Shown: positions 29,155-38,288 of the stretch, piece after piece | How the letters are laid out: each line of letters starts with the position of its first letter | Numbering within the stretch: the stretch's first letter is position 1 | Origin: an uncultured Candidatus Finniella sp. | GTDB lineage: Bacteria; Pseudomonadota; Alphaproteobacteria; Paracaedibacterales; VGCI01 | Reading direction: 5' to 3' | Length of the DNA: 64,000 nt | Assembly (NCBI GenBank): GCA_964424515.1 | Contig: CAYRJJ010000001.1 | Coordinates: forward strand, 1,747 to 65,746 | Notes under the pieces: model-generated | The model's database searches: none | What the model was told of the DNA's origin: nothing | What the model saw: the letters and a program-made list of their open reading frames with translations, nothing else | Translations under genes and position numbers: made by a program

Positions 29155-29886
29155 ATGCATTTACTTCCGCAAATTATAGAACCTGGGCGGTTATTGGTGG
29201 TTTGGCAGACGCTTCGGGAAGATTTGGAGCGCCAGAGCGGGACGGGCAAGCGATATATTGTCGGTGAACTTGAACGAGTTCATGACAATATCCTGTTGCG
29301 CTATTTTGTGAATTCACCAGATTTTAAAGATGCATTAAAATTGGGATTTAAAGGATTCTCAATCTTTGATGCGGCTCAAGAACTCCATGAACTCAACGTT
29401 ATGAAGACACTCGAACGACGTATTCCGCCGCGCCAGCGCACGGACTTTGACAACTTTCTCATCTACCATCGTATTGATCCAGCAATACGCGATCAGATGA
29501 CCGATTTTGCGCTTCTTGGATATACAAGCGGCAAACTCCCCGGTGATGGCTTTTCATTCATTCATACGTTTGAAGAAGCGCTGATACCGTGTGAAGTCAC
29601 CATCGACGTTGCCGGAATTCGGCATTACAAGGATTCTCTCCCCCCCTTAGAAACGTTGATAGATGTGCCCGTGAATTTTAAGCTTGATCCCGCTAACCCT
29701 GAAGACCCCAGGGCAGTCGCTATTGAAATACAAGAGGGAGTGCGCATCGGCTATGTAAATCGGGCGCAAACACATATATTTCATCAGTGGCTCCGCCACT
29801 ATCGGGTTGAGGGAATCATCGAACGGGTTAATGGGACCGTCGATCGTCCCAATATCCTTTTGTATGTAAAAGTCACTTTAACATAA
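29155..29886 (+). CDS. HipA-N-terminal-like domain fused to C-terminal HIRAN domain
   Basis: The ATG directly abuts the kinase TAA stop. The C-terminus VAGIRHYKD...FKLDPANPEDPRAVAIEIQEGVRIGYVNRAQ matches the HIRAN pattern (G.R.Y ... L.REP.NP.D.NAI.V...G..IGY). The N-terminus IVGEL..LLRYF and RIPPRQRTDFDNFL..MTDFALLGYTSGKLPGDGFSF resembles HipA N-domain motifs by eye only. Confidence 0.65.
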   Translation: MHLLPQIIEPGRLLVVWQTLREDLERQSGTGKRYIVGELERVHDNILLRYFVNSPDFKDALKLGFKGFSIFDAAQELHELNVMKTLERRIPPRQRTDFDNFLIYHRIDPAIRDQMTDFALLGYTSGKLPGDGFSFIHTFEEALIPCEVTIDVAGIRHYKDSLPPLETLIDVPVNFKLDPANPEDPRAVAIEIQEGVRIGYVNRAQTHIFHQWLRHYRVEGIIERVNGTVDRPNILLYVKVTLT

Positions 29887-29959
29887 GTCCTCTTTCCGCT
29901 TGACCTCAATCCTTTCTTTCTCATAAGGTTTCCGTTAATTGCGAGAGAAGGAGGCGCCT

Positions 29960-30835
29960 ATGACATCCCGATTTATAGCGGGTATCAAAGATGTGGTTGA
30001 TCAATACGATGCGTTTGTCATTGACCTCTGGGGCGTGATACACGATGGATCTAAACCCTATCCGAGCGCGCTGGAAACCTTAAAAAAATTGAAAGGTTTA
30101 AAAAAGACAACCCTTCTTTTGTCGAACTCTCCGCGTCGTGTGTCCGCTTCGGAGAAACATCTGGAAAATATGGGCGTTTCCCGGGATTTTTATACGCATA
30201 TTTATACGTCTGGTGAAGATACCCATCAGGGTCTCAAAAACCGGCCGGATGCCTGGCACCAGAAGCTGGGAAGCCGCCTTTACCACATCGGGCCTGAGTT
30301 TCATCAGCCGATGTATACAAGCCTGGATTATGAAAAAATGCCTTCTCCTGACGAGGCTGATTTTCTTTTGACCACAGGGGCGGATTTCCCTCATATCAAT
30401 GATTATGAGGCAATTTTGAAAAAAGGGATCGATCGGGGTCTACCGATGCTGTGCGCCAATCCGGACCGGGTGGTTGTCCAGGATGGACACCTGATTCTGT
30501 GTTGCGGCGGTATAGCTGAACGATATGAACAATTGGGCGGTAATGTTTTTTATCACGGCAAACCCTTCCCTGCTGTTTACCAGCCCGTCTTTTCCCTACT
30601 CGGTGGAATCCCTCCTTCCCGCATCCTCGCCATAGGGGATTCTCTGACCACTGATATGAAAGGCGCCCAATCCAGCAGCATGGATGGCGCTCTTATTATG
30701 GGTGGCATCCATCATGAAATTTTACTCCCTTACGGAAAAATGACGCCTGAAACCCCTCAGCTTCTGCAAGGCTTGGGCGCAAAAACAGGCATTACGCCCA
30801 AATATGCGTTACCTGAAATGAAGTGGGAAACGTGA
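29960..30835 (+). CDS. HAD-superfamily hydrolase, subfamily IIA
   Basis: Motif I is FVIDLWGV (the DxxG variant of this subfamily). LLSNSPRR and a C-terminal GDSLTTD motif are present. ATG at 29960 follows GAAGGAGG. Confidence 0.8.
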   Translation: MTSRFIAGIKDVVDQYDAFVIDLWGVIHDGSKPYPSALETLKKLKGLKKTTLLLSNSPRRVSASEKHLENMGVSRDFYTHIYTSGEDTHQGLKNRPDAWHQKLGSRLYHIGPEFHQPMYTSLDYEKMPSPDEADFLLTTGADFPHINDYEAILKKGIDRGLPMLCANPDRVVVQDGHLILCCGGIAERYEQLGGNVFYHGKPFPAVYQPVFSLLGGIPPSRILAIGDSLTTDMKGAQSSSMDGALIMGGIHHEILLPYGKMTPETPQLLQGLGAKTGITPKYALPEMKWET

Positions 30836-31013
30836 CAGGGGCGCCAGCAGATGGTATACATAACCCTTCTATCGTTTAATTTTTCTCACGCAAAAAAGGG
30901 AGGAATTGCTTTATTATTATATAAAACCCTTCCTTAATCCCACTTTTTTCTTGCTAAAAGTTAAAAAAAACTGTTATCTATTATAGTTCTTCAAAATTTT
31001 AAGCTGATGAGAA

Positions 31014-33680
31014 GTGATGAAATCCATACCCATCAAGTCCAGTCCTTTTTTCTCTTTAAACGATATTGAAAAAGATTTTTCTCCAGCTTCTTTCGCGAAG
31101 GGGCAAGCGTACCAAACAGAAAACCGCGTTACGCACCTTGAGATAGGCCAGGATAAGCAGGGCCATTGGAAAATCAAATCCATTATTCAAGGCTCCCGAA
31201 ACAATATCTACCACACAGATATTATTGTGAATGTCAAGGATCGGACCTTTGGTTTTGATGGGTACTGTTCCTGCCCCATGGACCATAATTGCAAGCATGT
31301 GGCAGCTTCCCTTATTGAAGCCATCTCCCGGCGCACCCTTTCATCCTCATCTATAGATACCGTTGAAACCACGGCGGAAGTCCCAACGCCCATTTTTCGT
31401 ATCATGACGAATAATGTGCGTTTTAAAGTGCGCCCCTGGTCCATGACGCAGGATGAAAAGAAGTTTTTGGCTCATCTTTCCTTTTCTTATTCAGGAGGGC
31501 GCATTCCGCATACTGAACCCATTGACAAAAACAGCGTTCCCCGCAACCTTAAAGCTGAACAAGAATTTCTCTCTCATCCCCTTTTAAGCCACTGGAAAAA
31601 ATTGGGCGACTTTGCTCATCAAATTGACCCTCTCACCCTGGAAATAGGCAATCTCATTCTTGATGTAAAAACCCCAGGTATTCAGACCTTGTTGACTGAT
31701 GAAAAAGTCATCCAGACAGCCATGGCGCTGGCAAACGAAATTTTTCCTCAACTCCTGTCTGAAGGCTGGCAAATTGAAACAGATCCAAGCTTTCCTTTTC
31801 AGTCGGTTAAAAATATGGGGGAATGGTATGCCAACATTGATAATGAGACGACCTCTGGTATCGATTGGTTTGATTTGGAAATGGGTATTGAAATTGACGG
31901 AAAACGCATTAACATCCTCCCCCATATCGTCCGTTTGCTGCGTAATCCCAATGTTCGCTCTGCTATGGACAATGACCAGTTAAGTGATGCGGAAATGATC
32001 TATACCCAGCTGGACGACGGCCGCTATCTGCCCATCCCGGCTAAGAAAATTCAATTTATTGCCCGTACCCTTATAGAACTCTATGACTTTAATGCCTTAA
32101 CCCATGATGGCCGTTTGCGCCTTTCCACATGGCAGTCCGCCCAGTTAGCGGAACTTGAACAGGCCATGTCGGCTAGCCAGCTACGCTGGTTCGGTTCAAG
32201 TCAATTGCGTGAGCTTGGCAACAAACTGCGCGACTTTAAAATAATTGAGAAAGTTATTCTTCCGGCAAGCTTTCATAATACCTTGCGACCCTATCAGGAA
32301 GAGGGCGTTAGCTGGTTACAATTTTTGCGAATCCACAATCTTAATGGTATTTTAGCCGATGATATGGGGCTGGGAAAAACGATTCAAGCATTGGCTCATA
32401 TTATAGTGGAAAAAGAAAGCGGACGGATGAAAAGTCCCGTCCTGATTGTTGCGCCTACCAGTTTGATGGCCAACTGGAAATCTGAAGCGGCCCGCTTCGC
32501 TCCTCTTTTGAAAGTCCTCATTCTCCAGGGAAATGAACGCAAAAACGACTTTGACCGTATAAAGGATCATGACCTCATTTTAACAACCTACCCCCTCCTT
32601 TCACGGGATAAGGATGTTCTTCTTGCCCATGGTTACCATTTACTGATTTTGGATGAAGCCCAGGTGATCAAAAATCCAAATACCATGGCTCACCGCATTG
32701 TCCAGCAGCTTAAAGCGAACCATCGCTTGTGCTTGACGGGAACCCCGATGGAAAATCACTTGGGCGAACTCTGGTCGTTATTTCATTTTCTTATGCCCGG
32801 ATTTTTGGGCGACAATAAAAAATTTACGCAAACATTCCGGAAGCCCATTGAAAAACGACAAGACCAGGATCGCCAGCATGTCTTAACCCGCCGGGTTCGT
32901 CCCTTCGTCCTGCGTCGCACAAAGGAAGAGGTTGTTTCAGAGCTGCCCGCAAAAACTGAAATTATTCAGCATATTGATCTTTTGCCAACCCAACGGGACC
33001 TTTATGAATCCGTTCGCTTGGCCATGCACTCAAAAATTCAAGCTGAAATTGAAGAAAGAGGATTTAAATACAGCCAGATTGTTATTTTGGACGCTTTGCT
33101 CAAAATGCGGCAAGTCTGTTGTGATCCCCGCCTCTTAAAAATTGAGTCCGCTAAAAATGTGCGGGAGTCCGCCAAGCTTCAGTTTTTAATTGATACCCTT
33201 CCTGAAATGATTGAGGAAAACCGCAAAATTCTTCTCTTCTCCCAGTTTACCAGCATGCTGGCGTTGATTGAACAAGAACTCAAAAAACTCAAAATCCCTT
33301 ATGTTCTTCTCACAGGTCAAACGAAAGACCGTCAAACCCCCATTAATGACTTTCAATCCGGCAAAGTCCCTTTATTCCTGATCAGCTTGAAAGCAGGGGG
33401 AACCGGCCTTAACCTGACAGCAGCGGATACAGTTATCCATTATGACCCGTGGTGGAACCCGGCTGTGGAAAACCAGGCGACCGACCGGGCATACCGTATT
33501 GGCCAGGACAAACCCGTCTTTGTCTATAAACTGGTGACAGTTGGTACGGTCGAAGAAAAAATCCTGGACATGCAGCATTATAAAGCAGCCCTCTTTGCGG
33601 GCGTGTTTGATGGCCATACGTCAAGCAGGGGGCCAATCACGCCGGAAGATCTCGAAGCTTTGTTTGAGGCGTTACCTTAA
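31014..33680 (+). CDS. SNF2-family helicase with N-terminal SWIM zinc finger
   Basis: 888 aa. SWIM motif CSCPMDHNCKHVAA. SNF2 motifs LADDMGLGKT, LILDEAQVIKN, LTGTPMEN, and helicase-C LISLKAGGTGLNLTAADTVIHYDPWWNPAVENQATDRAYRIGQ. Confidence 0.9.
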   Translation: MMKSIPIKSSPFFSLNDIEKDFSPASFAKGQAYQTENRVTHLEIGQDKQGHWKIKSIIQGSRNNIYHTDIIVNVKDRTFGFDGYCSCPMDHNCKHVAASLIEAISRRTLSSSSIDTVETTAEVPTPIFRIMTNNVRFKVRPWSMTQDEKKFLAHLSFSYSGGRIPHTEPIDKNSVPRNLKAEQEFLSHPLLSHWKKLGDFAHQIDPLTLEIGNLILDVKTPGIQTLLTDEKVIQTAMALANEIFPQLLSEGWQIETDPSFPFQSVKNMGEWYANIDNETTSGIDWFDLEMGIEIDGKRINILPHIVRLLRNPNVRSAMDNDQLSDAEMIYTQLDDGRYLPIPAKKIQFIARTLIELYDFNALTHDGRLRLSTWQSAQLAELEQAMSASQLRWFGSSQLRELGNKLRDFKIIEKVILPASFHNTLRPYQEEGVSWLQFLRIHNLNGILADDMGLGKTIQALAHIIVEKESGRMKSPVLIVAPTSLMANWKSEAARFAPLLKVLILQGNERKNDFDRIKDHDLILTTYPLLSRDKDVLLAHGYHLLILDEAQVIKNPNTMAHRIVQQLKANHRLCLTGTPMENHLGELWSLFHFLMPGFLGDNKKFTQTFRKPIEKRQDQDRQHVLTRRVRPFVLRRTKEEVVSELPAKTEIIQHIDLLPTQRDLYESVRLAMHSKIQAEIEERGFKYSQIVILDALLKMRQVCCDPRLLKIESAKNVRESAKLQFLIDTLPEMIEENRKILLFSQFTSMLALIEQELKKLKIPYVLLTGQTKDRQTPINDFQSGKVPLFLISLKAGGTGLNLTAADTVIHYDPWWNPAVENQATDRAYRIGQDKPVFVYKLVTVGTVEEKILDMQHYKAALFAGVFDGHTSSRGPITPEDLEALFEALP

Positions 33681-33773
33681 CCTTTAAGGAAACTGTGCGC
33701 TTCCGGCAAGCTGGCGTTCCGTCATTTATAAATTTTAGGGTTACGCATATGTGAATATTCAGTTAGAGGTTGC

Positions 33774-33936
33774 CAGCGACTCCCGCTGAAAAACAGGCAA
33801 ATGATTTGATAATAAATTGTTTTATTAAGATATATTTGCGAAAAATCCCCCTATACTATTGATTTTATATGAATAATTATTCCCATCAATAACAAGGAGA
33901 TATGTCATTTTTTTGCAGATATAGCGGGAATTGCTC
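33774..33936. mobile_element. MITE-like element R1, copy 2 (163 bp, degenerate TIRs, opposite orientation to copy 1)
   Basis: Ends are cagcgactcccgct and agcgggaattgctc. The interior aligns at about 88% to the reverse complement of 2469-2681, with one ~45-bp and one 6-bp gap. No TSD is visible. Confidence 0.7.
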
Positions 33937-34176
33937 TAAAATTTTGAGGATTTTAAAACCTGCTTTAATGGATTTAAAATTTGAAGTAAGTTTGGTATAA
34001 AGTTACTTGGACAAGGAGGAAGACAAACGTATGCGGGTGATTTATCAGGCCCGGAGTGAGAACGGATCCGGCATTATTTTGAACAGACATGAGTAAAAAT
34101 ACTATTCGCATATCTTCTATCGCTTTAACTCTTGGACAAATTTATTAAGACAGGTTCTTAACTTTAGGAAAATATT

Positions 34177-34497
34177 ATGAAAAAAAGTAAATTAATTTTA
34201 TTGGCGATCTCAGCATTTTTCAATCAAACATGGGGAATGGATGAGGGTAATCGACAGGCTTTTGAAAGTTGCGAAATCCAAAAACAAAAAATGGTGGCAA
34301 CTGGTTTATTAACGCCTGATGAACGTCTTGCGTTAGACCAGGAAGAATCAAGGATAAAAGCTCGGATAGAAGCAGTAATAAATGGTGATACAACCCGGGA
34401 ACAAGGTCTTATATTATCTTTTCAAGCGTATGTTGAAAGATTCGCCTCCCTCTCACAGGAGGCTGACCGCCGCGTCAACCAATCGCACCAGAATTAA
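34177..34497 (+). CDS. Small putative secreted protein (orphan)
   Basis: 106 aa. N-terminus MKKSKLILLAISAFFNQTWG is hydrophobic. AT-rich context. No recognised family. Confidence 0.45.
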   Translation: MKKSKLILLAISAFFNQTWGMDEGNRQAFESCEIQKQKMVATGLLTPDERLALDQEESRIKARIEAVINGDTTREQGLILSFQAYVERFASLSQEADRRVNQSHQN

Positions 34498-34521
34498 CCC
34501 TCCCAAATCCCTTGAATTCCC

Positions 34522-36183
34522 TTACAGGGTAAGAGTATAGAGATTGTCTTCTCCGAGGCCGACATCTAGCAAAAGTTGCTTGGCAATTTGCCAGTAACGG
34601 GTTTTACGGGGAATAACCGTAGGATCATCCTGGTGAAGTATATGCATTGAAACAGAGCGCCAATGCTGATCCACTAAAGACCGGGCAGAAAAGTGGAGAG
34701 AATGCTTGTTACGCAAGACGCTACCCCGAAGGCCCGTTGACCCTTCCACAAGCTTAATATAAGCACTCATTTCTAATTTATCTTTTGAAGTAGCTAAACC
34801 AAGCAAAATCCTTCCTGTTAATGAGTGCTCCTCTCCCAGCATAAAGGCGCTAGGGATTATTGCTCTCACGAATAGGGGGTTAGTTTCATTCTTGATTGTA
34901 GATTTCTCATCTTCTTTCTTATATTTTTCCCATGGCTTTAAATCATAAAATTCTTCGGGGCTTGTTAAAATTGATTTCGATGCTTCATCGGATGGGACAA
35001 TTCTCATTTCTATATCTGCTCCTGCCTGTGTCAATTTTTCAGCAGGGGAAGATAATAGATCAACTCCAGCCGTTACTTTTAAAGTTGTTTCTGATCCTGC
35101 CTTTGAAATTTCCGGATCATTTCCAGTAGATGCCGTGGGTTGGTCCTCTTGGCATAATGATGGAAGGTTCAGATTAGCCTGTACTGGAAGAACCTCACAC
35201 GTTAAGGCGTCTATAAGGCTTGGAGCGCTAACTAACTGATCAATGGCTGTTTTCTCCACTCCGGCATGGTGGCCTTCTATAGTGGCTTTTTTACGCTTCT
35301 TTGCCCGCTTCTTGCTTTTGGTTATTTTAGAGGGTTGTTTGCTCTCTTCGGACGGAGCATGACCTTGATTTTTGTTCAGATCATTTTCCCTCAACAACTT
35401 TTGTTCTTCTTTTTGTAGGAGAAATGTTTCTCCTTTGGTCATTATTTCACACAACGTTGTCATAAATATCTCGGATACATATTCAACATCACAGTGAGAA
35501 TATCGGTGCAAATCACTACTAACGTCCTTATTGAATTTACCACTTTGCTCTTTTATTATTTGATTTATTGATTTACCTAAAACTGGCGCATGGATTATAC
35601 CTCTCGTGAGCAATCTTTCATCTCGTATTTTATCTGATTTATCTAATAATCTATTTATTACAAACCTTAAAAATTCACTTTCTCTATGTTGTTTAGAGTC
35701 AATTTTATAAAGTTCAAAAGTCTGGAAATATTCTAGTAAAAGATCTAAATCTCTAATAATGGTTGAGTATGAGTTGTAAATATCATACCAATCGTTATCA
35801 GACTGATTTTTTAACAATTTAAACCGCCAGTTGAGCGCTTCCAAAGCGTGTTTCAGATCAAAAGGGGAGTTTTCATCTTTTTTGATTGACAGAAGCTTCA
35901 CGAGAATACGCAGTCTAGGATTCATTTTACATATTTCTTCTTGACTGCCTTTCCAGAAATTTATTTCACTCTGAATCAAGGAACCACAGAACTGATAATA
36001 ATCCTGCGCTGTTTCGAAAACTGGGGTCGTCGAGATATCTATTTTTTCAAATGCATATCCTGCTCTCAGCTTCTCCAGGGAATCAGCAGAAGGAGCCGCG
36101 GAAAGAACATCATCTTGCATAGCATAGCTATTGTTTTCTAAAAAAATACTTGTAAACACAATTAAAAATAAAAAGATTTTCAT
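34522..36183 (-). CDS. Large orphan protein with N-terminal signal-like segment and NLS-like basic patch (candidate effector)
   Basis: 553 aa. N-terminus MKIFLFLIVFTSIFLENNSYA. Basic patch KSKKRAKKRKK at residues 289-299 (35287-35319). Low-complexity Ser/Pro/Glu linker. A very AT-rich upstream region spans 36184-36400. Confidence 0.6.
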   Translation of the reverse strand: MKIFLFLIVFTSIFLENNSYAMQDDVLSAAPSADSLEKLRAGYAFEKIDISTTPVFETAQDYYQFCGSLIQSEINFWKGSQEEICKMNPRLRILVKLLSIKKDENSPFDLKHALEALNWRFKLLKNQSDNDWYDIYNSYSTIIRDLDLLLEYFQTFELYKIDSKQHRESEFLRFVINRLLDKSDKIRDERLLTRGIIHAPVLGKSINQIIKEQSGKFNKDVSSDLHRYSHCDVEYVSEIFMTTLCEIMTKGETFLLQKEEQKLLRENDLNKNQGHAPSEESKQPSKITKSKKRAKKRKKATIEGHHAGVEKTAIDQLVSAPSLIDALTCEVLPVQANLNLPSLCQEDQPTASTGNDPEISKAGSETTLKVTAGVDLLSSPAEKLTQAGADIEMRIVPSDEASKSILTSPEEFYDLKPWEKYKKEDEKSTIKNETNPLFVRAIIPSAFMLGEEHSLTGRILLGLATSKDKLEMSAYIKLVEGSTGLRGSVLRNKHSLHFSARSLVDQHWRSVSMHILHQDDPTVIPRKTRYWQIAKQLLLDVGLGEDNLYTLTL

Positions 36184-36705
36184 AAATTTTTCTCAGTGAA
36201 TTTAGTTAATAATAATAATTTTAATATACTAGATTTTTTTGAACATCAATTTTTTTAATTTTACTAACTTTTTACTCAAAAAAAATATAAATTCATTATT
36301 CATTATATTATATATTTGTGTAATATTTTTTTATAATTCTTAGTAATTACTCATTCTATATCTGTCACCCATGAAAAGATCTGTAATCGTTCTGCCTCTT
36401 TTGTTGGAATAAAAAAGGATATAAATTGCATTTTCAAAAGGGATTTTTGAATGCTGACGATATCTTCCGCGCTAACTCATCCTTGTAAAGGTTTTTGCTC
36501 TTCTCCCGCAGTGATTATGTTGTTTGGGCTTTGTCGCATCTGTTGAGATGGCGTGTGGAATGAAATAGAATGCATTCAAAGCCTGGGAGGCACATTGAAG
36601 GCTGACGCTATCACCATCATTAGCCCATCATTTTAAGGGTTTTTGCTCTTCACTCTCTTTGGGCGTCCGGAAACAGAACCAAATTTTTTGTAAGGACAAC
36701 GAAAC

Positions 36706-38148
36706 ATGACCCAAAAAAACCTTTTTTGGTTTCGTCAAGATTTACGCTTGTCAGATAACCCGGCTTTATATGAAGCCGCCCAAAGTGGCGAGGTTATGGC
36801 CGTTTATATTTTTGACGAAGATCACCGCGCCGATTTTAGAATGGGATCAGCAAGCCGTTGGTGGCTTCATCATTCCTTATCAGCGCTTAACCGCAAGTTG
36901 GGCGGTAAATTAAATATTTATCGGGGAAAGTCTCAAGAAGTTATTCTTAGGCTTATTTCAGAATATTCATTTCAAGCAATCTATTGGAACCGTTGTTACG
37001 ATCCTTTCCGAATTAAGGCTGACTCAGAAATAAAGTCTTTCCTGAAAAAAAGAGGGATTGAATGCAAAAGCTTTAATGGTTCCCTTTTATGGGAACCTTG
37101 GGAAGTTATGAAGGAGGATGGCACACCCTACAAAGTTTTTACGGCTTTTTATCAAAAAGCCAGTCTTCAGGGCAAATATCCCGGTAGACCTTTGCCAGCG
37201 CCGAATCCATTAACCCTCGTAAAAGAAACGCTCAACGCGCTACCTCTTACAGAGTTGGGTCTTTTGCCGAAGATAAAATGGCATGCTTCCCTTGAGCGCC
37301 AGTGGGTCGTCGGAGAAGAGGGTGCGCAAGACAGGTTGGCTTGTTTCCTGGAAAGTGGTTTGACCAACTATAAGGAAGGGCGTGATTTCCCTTATCGCCA
37401 AAATGTATCCCGATTATCACCCTGTCTTCACTTTGGGGAAATTTCACCCCGCCAGGTTTGGCATGGCGTGGACGCAGGAAGTACCAGCTTTCATATTCCT
37501 GAACAGGACAAGGAATATTTCTTCAGGGAACTCGGCTGGCGGGAATTTTCTTATCACTTGCTTTACCATTTCCCTGATTTTCCTTATCAGAATTTTCAAA
37601 AGAAATTTGACCGCTTCCCATGGCAAGTAGACGAAACTTTACTCAAAAAATGGCAGCAGGGACAAACAGGATATCCTATCGTCGATGCAGGAATGCGGGA
37701 GCTTTGGCAAACAGGGTATATGCATAACCGCGTGAGGATGATTGTTGGGTCATTTTTAGTCAAAAACTTGCTGCTTGACTGGCGCCATGGGGAACGATGG
37801 TTTTGGGACTGCCTTGTGGATGCCGATTTAGCGAATAACAGCGTAAGCTGGCAGTGGGTAGCTGGCTCAGGCGTGGATGCCGCTCCTTATTTTCGTATTT
37901 TTAATCCCGTTACCCAGGGAGAGAAATTTGATCCTGACGGCATCTATACCCGGCGTTTTGTCCCTGAACTGAAGAATATGCCCAATACCTGTCTTTTTAA
38001 ACCCTGGGAAGCCCCGGAATATATTTTGAAAGCAGCAGGGGTGATTTTGGGGCAAACGTACCCGAAACCTGTCGTCGAGTTAGGGACCTCACGTAAAAAA
38101 GCGCTCGAAGCTTTTGCCTCTTTACCAAAAGAGCTTCAATTTGCTTGA
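36706..38148 (+). CDS. phrB: Deoxyribodipyrimidine photolyase (class I CPD photolyase/cryptochrome family)
   Basis: 480 aa. LFWFRQDLRLSDNPAL, TGYPIVDAGMRELWQTGYMHNRVRMIV and WQWVAGSGVDAAPYFRIFNP motifs. Confidence 0.9.
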   Translation: MTQKNLFWFRQDLRLSDNPALYEAAQSGEVMAVYIFDEDHRADFRMGSASRWWLHHSLSALNRKLGGKLNIYRGKSQEVILRLISEYSFQAIYWNRCYDPFRIKADSEIKSFLKKRGIECKSFNGSLLWEPWEVMKEDGTPYKVFTAFYQKASLQGKYPGRPLPAPNPLTLVKETLNALPLTELGLLPKIKWHASLERQWVVGEEGAQDRLACFLESGLTNYKEGRDFPYRQNVSRLSPCLHFGEISPRQVWHGVDAGSTSFHIPEQDKEYFFRELGWREFSYHLLYHFPDFPYQNFQKKFDRFPWQVDETLLKKWQQGQTGYPIVDAGMRELWQTGYMHNRVRMIVGSFLVKNLLLDWRHGERWFWDCLVDADLANNSVSWQWVAGSGVDAAPYFRIFNPVTQGEKFDPDGIYTRRFVPELKNMPNTCLFKPWEAPEYILKAAGVILGQTYPKPVVELGTSRKKALEAFASLPKELQFA

Positions 38149-38288
38149 TAGATGGGCTACTTTTTACCAAGCCTCCATCTTTACCCTCCCTTAAGCGGTT
38201 ACACTCCTTTGCCTGTAGTCTAACCGCGCTTCTCTGGCGACTCAAAAAAATGATGGGTGATGAGGTCTCTCGGCCTTATATCAAATTT

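Noticed and set aside
34522-34740. The C-terminal ~70 aa of the 553-aa orphan resemble a HicA-like toxin fold (G..K.SLHF ... H..... IP.K....IAKQLL..GL).
   Set aside because: The pattern match is weak and made by eye only. No HicB partner is present. It is left as a remark needing a profile or structure search.
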